A stretch of 58,204 nucleotides of DNA, filler included, from Sphacelaria rigidula (Eukaryota), in NCBI GenBank assembly GCA_964200075.2. It is 8 parts of 8 records of this genome, joined end to end, with 100 filler letters (N's around TTAATTAATTAA, not from the genome) between each part and the next. Parts side by side here need not be neighbours in the genome. Positions count along the whole stretch, not along the records: positions 7,289 to 14,476 come from CAXNAA020016056.1; positions 14,577 to 21,764 come from CAXNAA020016057.1; positions 21,865 to 29,052 come from CAXNAA020016058.1; 5 more parts are not named here. The stretch is one strand, 5' to 3'. Positions 13,142 to 22,597 of the stretch are shown one piece after another. Position 1 is the stretch's first letter; each line of letters starts with the position of its first letter. The position numbers and the translations under genes are program-made. The notes below the pieces were generated by a model. It was given only the letters and a program-made list of their open reading frames with translations. It had not been told where the DNA came from and made no database searches.

Positions 13142-13508
13142 ATACAGAAACCTCATCGGGACCTTGGGCGATCTCAGCTTGGCGGCGGATGTCAACCCGG
13201 AAGCGGCCGCCTCTCTCCTGCGTAAGTCGCAGGCCCAGGATGACCTTGACACTATGCTCGCCTTGCTGCGCGCCGAGGAGCGGCAGTGCTCTCGCAACAG
13301 CGCCGATGGGGAGGATTTTTCGGCATCAGGCGGGGGCGGCATCCGCGTCATGAGGGCCAATTCACAACCGGACCGACTGGCCGCTCCGTGCCTCGAGTTT
13401 TTGCTCGAAGAGCGTATTGTGAAGTTGCTGTGCGAGGTAGGCGCAGCTGACCGCCCTGCAGGTACTATGGCGCTCGTTTTGGGGGGCTGCGCGTCGCTAC
13501 TTGGGCAG
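13142..13508 (+). CDS. FHIP/FAM160 (RAI16-like) family protein, exon 2; remainder lies outside the contig
   Basis: aagcag|a acceptor and cag|gtgcga donor. LDTMLALLRAEE...APCLEFLLEERIVKLLCEVGAADRPAGTMALVL resembles the FHIP N-terminal motif L-x2-M-x2-L-L-x2-E-E...G-P-C-(L/M)-E-Y-L-L-x3-I-L-x2-L...D-x-P-x-G. Confidence 0.78.
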
Positions 13509-15296
13509 GTGCGATGCATCTCGTGTGTTCTCATTGCGGGTTGACTGAGTAAAGCTGTCTCGTGCTGTTGGGTGATGGTCAGCGACGGGGGGTGGGGCGG
13601 CGGCGAGGTTGGGGTAGGGGAGGCGCGGGGGAAGTACACTTTTGATGCGCTTGATGGGAGGATATGTTATATCCATTCAGAGAGGCAAGCAGCCCAAACA
13701 TGAATTTCGAGCAGGTTTCGTGTGCGAGTTGCCGTACTCGCATGTTTGCTCAGATTTTCAACAACTTTCGATTCGCGGTGAGGTGAGATTAACTCTACTT
13801 GACCAGGGAGAATTCATGGGACGTTTGATTTGTTTTGTATTGTAATTATCAAGTGCAGTTGGGGACGGTTTTATAACTCAAAGTACAGTATAGTCGGTGC
13901 ATAAATCAGTTTGTTCAGACAACATAGGTGGATCCAGTAGGATGTTTTTGTAACTGGACGCTCGAACAGTAGCAGTGTTACTCCTTTTCGATAATATGGA
14001 GGCTGTGTTTTTGAAGGTTAGGCGTCAAGAAAATCCGCACCTCGCTTGTCATGACACCGAAACTTGGAGGATGTCTTGATTGCTACTACAGCAAGGTGTA
14101 GGAGCCTCAACCGTGGCTGCACAAGGCGCCGATGGCCTGATCTGCATTGAAACGGTGGGTACCATTCTCATCAGATTCTTTGTTTTTTTGCCACCTCCTG
14201 TCTGATGACGAATATAGTATGTGCAATTGCGGTCAGGCTCGTAGACCGCACGGATCCTTTAGGCGTCATCGTCAATCTTCGCCCAGTTAGGGATGAACGC
14301 TCGCAGAAAACCAGAAAATAAACAGCATCTAGGCCCCACCATATATGTGAGGGTCTAGACTGAACAATTTCCGGTCCGAAAAGCTCGACACGTCAAGGTT
14401 AAGCCTATCTCACGCGACCGCTGCGTTCTGCCGTGGACCCTGCCCCACGTACCCGACAAGTGGGCAACATCCCCGTNNNNNNNNNNNNNNNNNNNNNNNN
14501 NNNNNNNNNNNNNNNNNNNNTTAATTAATTAANNNNNNNNNNNNNNNNNNNNNNNNNNNNNNNNNNNNNNNNNNNNGTGCCGCAGTCAAGGAGGTCGTAC
14601 GCAACCCCCCCCCCCCCTCGACCATGCATGGGGAGCATGCATAATCATGGGTACACCCCCCCGCCCCCCCCCACCCCCCCCACTGCCTGGTCCGGCGAGA
14701 ACCTGGTGTGCTCCGTCCCGGCTTCGTAGGGGCGGACCCCCTGTACCAATAGACTGATACTTATGAGGATGTACTTTACACATACGTACTTGTTCCGGTA
14801 TGCGACAATGTATGCAGACAATAGTCCAAAAGATCCGGATGGTCAGACGGAAATTGACGTACTCATGATGGCAAACATCAACCATCCCATCAAGCTGCAC
14901 AGCGGTATAAAATTAAGCCAATGAAATCCGATAATGCCACCTAAGCATTTTGGAATATGAAGGCATCAGCAAGGGAGTCGATGAGTTCTGACGAGCCCTA
15001 TCCCAGTAGGTCTGCGCGGCTCCTACACCCAGAAGCACGTCAATATTAAAGATTATTCCGAGGCTTTTCCACTCAGAGCCCCTACAACTGAGACGACGAC
15101 GACGAAAAGAGAGCGTAGCACAAACCGAAGAGCTGCGAACCTGACCTGCACATCGAGCTTGTAACAGGCGGGGCATTTATTCCCGACTGCGGTACAAATC
15201 GTGCCGTTGTCCTGTACTGCCTCTACATACAACATCGATCGATATATACGAAGAATCGAAGGCTCAATACAGGTTCACGACAACTTCTTCGTCGTT

Positions 15297-15834
15297 ATGA
15301 ACGACCCTCGACTCGACAATGCTGCGGCAACCTTCGATTTCTCCATAGATGACAACTCCTCGATACTTGGGGGTTCAGTTGGGGATGATTCCTTCCTGAA
15401 TTCCCTCGAATCTGGAGGCGCTTTGCTAAGCATGGCCGGACACTGGAGCACAGCCGATGGCAGCATGCAGTGGACAGGCGGCAAAGAAGAACTCTTTGAT
15501 CCTTGGAGCACCGCCGGCCCGGGCGCAGCCGCAGACACCCGTGGCTGCACCCCCGCGTCTGCAGGGGCTTCAGAGCCCATCAAGCCAGACCCGGGTGGGG
15601 CGTGGCTTTCATCTGCGCTCATCGGTGACCTAGAAACCAAAACATCTAGCACTGTTACTAATTCGCAGTCCCTTCCCGCCCCCGCAGCCTCCGCTGAGGC
15701 GCCCAACAACGATGGTGGGAACCTGCGACCGTTTCCAAATCGTTATGCGCGCGATGGTGTTTCTATGAAAGACGAGGTGATTGATACTAAGTGGCAGCAG
15801 CAGCAGCAGCAGCAGCAGTGTCAGCAACCACCAG
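15297..15834 (+). CDS. AUREO: Aureochrome, first coding exon (low-complexity N-terminus with poly-Q)
   Basis: Open frame from ATG 15297 to a cag|gtatgg donor (phase 1), compatible with the 18396 exon; (CAG)8 at 15795-15818. Its link to the aureochrome is inferred from phase and position. Confidence 0.72.
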
Positions 15835-17147
15835 GTATGGCACCGCTATGGTGTAGCGCTGCGTGCATTGTGGGCTCGTCGTGGCGGCGTGTTTGTCCTA
15901 CTGTATGTTTCCCCAGATGGCGCCGGTGGGCGTGAGAGAGAGTTCTGCTCGGTAATTCCTATTTTCGAGACTTGGACATCAACTGCAACCTCGTCTCCTC
16001 TATCCACACCATGTTTTTTATCGGGGAGGCAGGAGGCGGGGGGGTGGGGGGGGTGGGGGGGGATGAGCTACAGAAGAAACAATGTATCACGAACAATTGG
16101 CTTTCCAGATGTTTGTGGGCAAAAACGTCGTTGGCTATCGCCTTAGCGTGTAGGGGTTAGGTTGTGTTGGCATCAGGGCTGCGCGCGAGGGGGGTGCCTT
16201 CTAGGAGATTTGCCAAGTGGCTCGCCCACACGACATCTGGTATTCATTGGTTGTTTCATGTTTCGAAACTAGGTGCCACGTTGTCGCAGATGGCTCAGCA
16301 AACGTGGACCGAGACAAACCGGTCGGTCTCTTTCATGGTACGCGGGCACGTACGTACGCAATCGAGTCATCTGTTGCGAGCCATGCCCTTGCGTTGGATC
16401 TTCCTTGTGCATCCGATGCACTAGGTGCAAATTGAGGAGGTGTATCGTTACTGTCACAGTACAGTCGTGGTCGATAGACGCGACTGCTGACAGTGTTGAT
16501 GTATCATGCACAACAACCTTTCGCAATTTCTCGCAGTCGCAAAACCCGATTGCCCGCCAGCTGGACGTTGCAGTGGTAGTTTTTCGCTCCATCATGTATA
16601 GAACGTACACATACTACTATTATTCTGTACAGTACTACCTCCACATCACCAGGTATAAACTACTCGTGGTCGTCCACAGAACTACAACGAGTACTTGTTT
16701 TGAGACAGCAATACAACAGTCACGCATGGTACAGTTGATGCCGTTAGTTGAGTCGGTCGTCATGGCAGAGCAACAAGCGCTTTCCTCCCAACTCCTCGAG
16801 AAGTGGATACTTTCGGGGCTGCTCTGTGCGATGTATGCCGTATCGCCTGTGTTTTATGTGATTGAGCCTCTTTCACGGATTGTGGACAACTTTGGTCATG
16901 CGCCTAGACCGGGGCTTCCAGAAATCACGAAGTGTTGGTTTTGAAAATAGTGACTGCGAGTTCAGCATCTGAATCACCATCCGGTTGACACAACCAAGCA
17001 CTAATTTACACTTGCTTCGCTCATCGCCCCCCAAAATGGTTTTTAGTGAGCCGCTACAGCCAAGCACCGAATGATACTCGTCGTTCGGTGTCTGTAGAGG
17101 GGTTCGATTCAGTTGTACTCTGCTGCAGGCAACTTACCCGCATTGAC

Positions 17148-17205
17148 ACCCTCTAACGGCCAGGCCAGGTCGTGTGCTGAATCGGCATCACTTTTACTTG
17201 AAAAG
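17148..17205. repeat. Degenerate fragment of the 1125-1338 MITE family in aureochrome intron 1
   Basis: ACCCTCTAACGGCCAGGCCAGGTC...TGAATCGGCATCACTTTTACTTGAAAA matches the reverse strand of the MITE interior (about 1190-1250). Confidence 0.6.
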
Positions 17206-18395
17206 TTACTGCTTGGCCCAGATGATATACCCTGGCGGGGAAATTGTTGACCCACTGATCGTACAATAAGGCCGGTGACAACGCTCATTCTCGGTGAAGT
17301 CACACGATCTGGGTTTTTATCTCGCACCATGCCCAACAGACAGGCAGCGATGTCGTGGGTACACAAAGTTCGACTCCACATTCGATGAGGAAAAGGGGCC
17401 GGTAAACGCTTCTCGCGATAAAATTGTAAGGCAAGCGCCGCAGAAGAAACGTGAAGTTTTCCAAAATATATATATATAATATAAACAGGAGAAATACAAT
17501 AATAATTAATTAATTAATTGGATGGATGGTTGGTCATTTGATTTATTTTTTTGGAGCAAGGGAAAGACAATATAATCACTCCCGTGATGATCTGCCTCAT
17601 GTGTTTCTCCCGGTGATTCGCCCACATACACCGAAAGCTGTAGACTGGCGTCGAAAATAGACGGGATGACAACACACACGTACATCTTCCTATAGTCGAC
17701 ACTGTTTTTTTTCAGACAAATCGTATTCTACGTTTGGGCTTCTCCAACAGTGAATCGGTTTGATTTTTTCAAACCTTCATTTCGTATACTGCAAGTCTGA
17801 GAAATTAATACTGCAACCCAGTATGTCGAAGAGCTGCCCTCTGTGTACGCCGTGGTGTTCACAAGCTTTTCAAGGAACATCAACGTCCGATTTTTTTCGG
17901 ATATCTGTGAAAATTTCGGGACTGGCAAGGTACCTGATGACTCTCGAACGCTTGCGAACCCCACGGCGTATACACAGGGCAGCTGATCGAAGTGCTGCGT
18001 TGCCGTCCGTTTTTTTTTACTTGTCCAGAAGATGAAGCTTCGGATAATATTCAACTTCGGTTGTAGTAAGTATTGATGCATAGTCCGAAAAATTCGAAGT
18101 CTTTTTACATCTTCAGGGAACATAGCCCATAATAATGGGCCTAATTCTCATCACATTCGGGTGATGTCTGTGGATGTATAGTTATATCGTCGGCTAGGTT
18201 GTCGTTCGGAGATAACCACACTCTTCTCCCCGCGTGTTTCAAACAAAAAAATGTCGCTGATGTACTACTGTGCTGATGCGCTGAGATACAGATACTTGGG
18301 ACTTGTACTTTCTTTTCGTTTTTCCCGTCCCTGATCGCCCCGCTCCCCCCCCGCTTCTGTTTTCCGCACCATCGACGACATTCTGTACACCTCAG

Positions 18396-18721
18396 GTCAC
18401 CAGCTACCACCAACAACGGCGCCCGCCCCCACGACCACTGCCGAAGCAGTAGCTGCACTGCCGAACCGAACGACTCGAAGGCAATCATCGCTGATTGCCC
18501 GCGGCCGCACGCCTGCGGCCCCCGTCGCTGCGGCAACCTCGGCCGGCGCGAGATTTCCCGGCGGAGCCGGCGTGTCTACTGTTGAAGCGCCCACTGCACC
18601 TCCGCCCACGGGAGAAGGCGCCGACGACGACGATGATGACGACGATGAGGGCGATGAGATGGGCGAGGGCTCCGCCGGGATGGACAGCGAGCTCAGCGAG
18701 AAACGTCGCCGGAACCGCGAG
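18396..18721 (+). CDS. AUREO: Aureochrome exon 2 (acidic tract and start of the bZIP basic region)
   Basis: cctcag| acceptor and gag|gtgtgt donor. Ends DDDDDDDEGDE...SEKRRRNRE, which joins HAKRSR to form the bZIP N-x7-R motif. Confidence 0.9.
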
Positions 18722-18935
18722 GTGTGTGGTAATTCGCCGAGTAGTTCTAAAGTGGTTCAATACGAGACACGGACCATTGGGATGTTGATTCGATAGACCC
18801 CTCATGAAGAGTTTCTTGGTTCGTGATGGTTCACCGTTCATGGTACCCGGTACCTTATTCTCCTTTTTTTCTTGCAATATCTTGAAACATGTATCCCTCG
18901 CAACAACTTTGTCCTGTCCCGAATTTTGCCTTCAG

Positions 18936-19579
18936 CATGCTAAACGGAGTCGTATGCGGAAGCGTGTCCGCCTGGGGGGGCTAGAGGATATGGTCTTGGA
19001 GCTCCGCCGTGAAAACATTCGTCTGAGGCAAATCGTCAAACAGGGGATCCCCGACCTCGCGGAAGACATCCTCCGCAAGTGTGCCAAGGACAACATCAAC
19101 GCGGACCTCGTGGACAAGGAAGACGTTGTTCAAGGTATGCGCCCAGCCATGACGATAGCTGGATCATCTAGCCATAGCGGCGGCGGTGGTAGCGCAGGGT
19201 CTCGCGCGAGACCAAAGCTGGAGGGAGGGAGCAGCAGCAGTGGTAGCGGTAGTGGTCGACGGCACAAGGATCGTCGGGTACCGTCAGCCCTCAAGCTGAT
19301 GTCTCCGAGCTACCAGTCGGTTAGAGCTTTGTCGGAGAGCCAGGCCAATTTTATTCTGACGAACCCAAATCTGCCAGGATGCCCGATTATATACGCCAGC
19401 CCCGGGTTTCTGGAGCTGACGGGTTATGAGGCAAGCCAGGTTATGGGAAAGAACTGTCGCTTCTTGCAGGGTCCCGGTACGGATCCCGTGGCGGTTTCGA
19501 TTATTCGAAACAACTTGAAGTACGGGAGGGACACGAGCGTGTGCATTCTGAACTACAAGGCCGATGGAAAGCCTTTCTG
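18936..19579 (+). CDS. AUREO: Aureochrome exon 3 (bZIP zipper, linker, most of the LOV domain)
   Basis: ttcag| acceptor. HAKRSRMRKRVRLGGLEDMVLELRRENIRLRQIV (bZIP), then NFILTNPNLPGCPIIYASPGFLELTGY...GKNCRFLQG...ILNYKADGKPFW (LOV; Cys codon 19455-19457). tg|gtgagt donor, phase 2. Confidence 0.96.
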
Positions 19580-19987
19580 GTGAGTAGCAAGCCTTTATCC
19601 TCGCGTTAAATTTTAGAGAAGGCATAAATATCAAGTAGAAATCAGGTTGAGTTTCATGTCTTTTGGGATACCACCATTGCACGTGCTGTGTATATCGTCA
19701 GATGCTTTGCATGTGGACCACCCCATCGCCTCGTCACCTCATAATTTCCTGGAGTATCCCATGACGGTTTAAGCGCATCATGGCACATGTGTGGTACCCT
19801 AAATCCCCTGCCCTGAACAGTTTTTACATACATGGATATGATCTCAAATGCAGGTCGAGTAGAGTATACTCAATTGCGGGGTATTTTGAAAGTCGTACAT
19901 GAAGTACACAAATTGGGGGTAGGGTCTTGGGGATCTCTTTCTAGTTATTTGTTGGGTACGACTCATGACACTCTAACTTAGTTCGAC

Positions 19988-21316
19988 ACACGCGGCCATT
20001 CGGCTCCTGTTTGGAAATCCTCTTGAGGGCATCTGACGCTCCAGTGACTTCTGAGGTCTGAATACCCTGTAGGGGTGTTACATCCCTCTGGAGGGTATCT
20101 GATGCTCCAGTGAGTACTCCTCGAGTTTCCCGAATCAGTCCGATATATACATGACCATATCGCTGCTGCTGTGAAATGCATACCCCAGCAATCTTGTGGT
20201 ACTTTATCACCCGCCGCGTTCAAAGCCGCGTTCTCATATCGAACCATGCAAACCCCGCACAACACTTATTTCCAGCTACCACAACAACCCTGCATGAAAG
20301 AGCACGGGTTGGGCACAGGCGCGGCGGCGGAAGCACGCGGGGTACATGAAGTGCGGGGAATGACCGGCTTACTGCCTACACACTCGAGTCATCATGGACA
20401 GTGCAGCCATGGACAAAGCTGCGCACGCTGTTCAAGTCATTTGCACGTCTCACTGTGAACAGAAAACATAAATGATCTGCGCTGTCTGTACTGTACTTTG
20501 TCCGCTTCCCTTTCACCCCTTACTGACGGCAGTTGTGCGCATGCTGTAAGAACACGCGTCGTGGTCTATACTGCAGTAGCTGATGGTATATAACACCCCC
20601 ATGTACGCAAAGTTACAGGCATCCACTCTGTATAGCCATACGTAGCCCATGTGCCACGCTAGAACTCTGTAGTATATTGCACCTTACGTGTGTTGGCACG
20701 CTATATAGTTCTGTCCTGTATATTGTACAGTCCAGTATATACAGCACCAAACCGCGTGCCTATTCTCGTTGTGACCGTCACATCAAAGTACATGCATGAA
20801 AAAAATTGTTTTGCGGTTTTTGTTCGATTCGTCGACCATGGACTACGAGGTTTTGAGAAGCTGTATCAATACAGTAGCGAGGTAGTTCCCCTCAGTGCAC
20901 CATATACCCACCGACTGAAGCTGTGTAGCGCGGCCGTGTGGAAAAACACTCGTATGTGGGACTTGAATAGCAGAGGCTGCTCGTAAATGTCTTTCCTTTG
21001 CCCGATTACAGGATGAAATGATTGGCAAAAAGATTTTTTTTTCGAGCAGCTTTTGCTTATGCCCGACGTCGGGCATGAAGGATTTATTTCGAACAGCACA
21101 GGTTGTCCGAATTGCGTTTTCCATAGCATGCGCGTGCCTTCAAAAATAATCCAAACGATTTCGATACGGACGCAGAGCTTCGAGCGAGACCCCAACCTTG
21201 AGAACCCTCTGGAGGATTACAAATGCCCAATATCCTCTAAAGGACATTTTAAAAACGGATGCTACGTAGGGTTTCGTTTTACAAAATCCTCTACAGGTAG
21301 CCGAATGGCCGCGTGT
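19988..21316. mobile_element. About 1.3-kb non-autonomous TIR DNA transposon inside aureochrome intron 3
   Basis: Perfect 18-bp IR ACACGCGGCCATTCGGCT (19988-20005 / 21299-21316) extending inward with CCTGT. Subterminal CCTCT-GAGG palindromic repeats near both ends. No transposase recognised. Confidence 0.78.
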
Positions 21317-21528
21317 AGAGCACCCCAAGTACGTGTTTGAAATTATCCCGCAATCGAGTACACTCTACTCGACCTGCCCTTGCAGATTTCCCCCGTCGGA
21401 ATCTGGTCGCGTTCTCCGCTTTCTCCATTGAATACCCCGCATCTACCTTACTACTTTTCCGAAATACCCCGCATCCGCCTGATCCTTTGGTTGTTGTCTC
21501 GGATGTCGGTTATTGTACCACTCCTCAG

Positions 21529-21645
21529 GAATCAACTATCGATCGGTAATCTCCTCGACGCACATGGAAAGGTGGCGAACCACGTTGGAGTGTTGTGCGA
21601 GGTGAAGCAGATGCCGCCCGCGGACTTCCGCCGACTGCTGCACAG
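21529..21645 (+). CDS. AUREO: Aureochrome exon 4 (LOV H-beta/I-beta strands); the last exon appears to lie beyond the contig end
   Basis: ctcctcag|g completes the Trp codon. NQLSIGNLLDAHGKVANHVGVLCEVKQ aligns without gaps to the LOV C-terminal strands; cacag|gtacgc donor. Confidence 0.92.
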
Positions 21646-21894
21646 GTACGCACGATGTTTTCAAGCCACTCTCAGACCGCAGAATTATTTTTCATCATTG
21701 TTGCGCTTGATGTCGGAAGTCCCCTCACCCCCCCCCCCCCCCCCCCCACCACCGCAGGCACACTNNNNNNNNNNNNNNNNNNNNNNNNNNNNNNNNNNNN
21801 NNNNNNNNTTAATTAATTAANNNNNNNNNNNNNNNNNNNNNNNNNNNNNNNNNNNNNNNNNNNNAGATATATCCAATACGGACAGGGGGTGTTA

Positions 21895-22143
21895 GAGTCA
21901 TCCTACGATAGGGGGGGGGTGTTTGGTTGCACGAAAAAAGAGGCTCAAAAATGTGTCAGCCATCCTTCCACACTTGCGTTGCGCTTGTATTCGGTTCCAA
22001 ACGGTGTCAGACAGTACAGATGAGCGTTATTGATCCACAACAAGCTTGTTCGAACAACCGTTGCTGCTTTCAACGACGATCTGACTCGAAATTTCGAGCG
22101 ACAAATGGCCCAAAAGACCCCCCCCGCTATCGTAGGATGACTC
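21895..22143. mobile_element. Short TIR element of the GAGTCATCCTACGATAG(G)n family
   Basis: GAGTCATCCTACGATAGGGGG at 21895 and its reverse complement ending at 22143. The same terminus occurs at 29161-29186, 52457 and 53197. No clear TSD. Confidence 0.7.
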
Positions 22144-22148
22144 CATAC

Positions 22149-22597
22149 ATGGGAAACTCCTGGCCCCCTGTCAACCTGTTCGGGCACACATGGGAAACCC
22201 CTGGCCGCCTGTCAACCTGTTCAGAAAGCATGAGAAATCCTGGCTGCATGTCAACCTGTTCGAACACGTATGAGAAACTCCTGGCCTCCTGTCAACCTGT
22301 TCGAAAGCGCATGGGAAATCCTGGCTCCCCTGTCAACCTGTTCGAAAACACATGGGAAATTCTGGCTCCCCTGTCAACCTGTTCGAACACGCATGGGAAA
22401 CTCCTGGCCCCCTGTCAACCTGTTCGAAAACGCATGGGAAATCCTGGCTCCCCTGTCAACCTGTTCGAACACGCATGGGAAACTCCTGGCTCCCCTGTCA
22501 ACCTGTTCGAAAACACATGGGAAATCCTGGATCCATGTCAACCTGTTCGAACACACATGGGAAATCCTGGCTCCCCTGTCAACCTGTTCGAACAAGC
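22149..22597. repeat. Minisatellite, 11 copies of a ~41-bp unit
   Basis: Consensus ATGGGAAA(C)TCCTGGCTCCCCTGTCAACCTGTTCGAA(C/A)AC(A/G)C, head-to-tail with no unique spacers. Confidence 0.95.

Noticed and set aside
17503-17519. TTAATTAATTAA resembling the linker
   Set aside because: Not flanked by Ns and embedded in an AT-rich tract; a natural (TAAT)n microsatellite.
18804-19583. Aureochrome as a single-exon ORF truncated at FW-stop (pseudogene)
   Set aside because: The stop lies within a GTGAGT donor, and the LOV domain continues in phase at 21529.
12031-21645. Functional cluster of the FHIP-like and aureochrome genes
   Set aside because: They are separated by an artificial linker, so the adjacency has no biological meaning.
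22149-22597. CRISPR-like array or repeat-protein ORFs (21927-22607, 22270-22755)
   Set aside because: Units are contiguous with no unique spacers and no cas genes, in a eukaryotic context. The unit length is not a multiple of 3, so the ORFs are by-products of the minisatellite.
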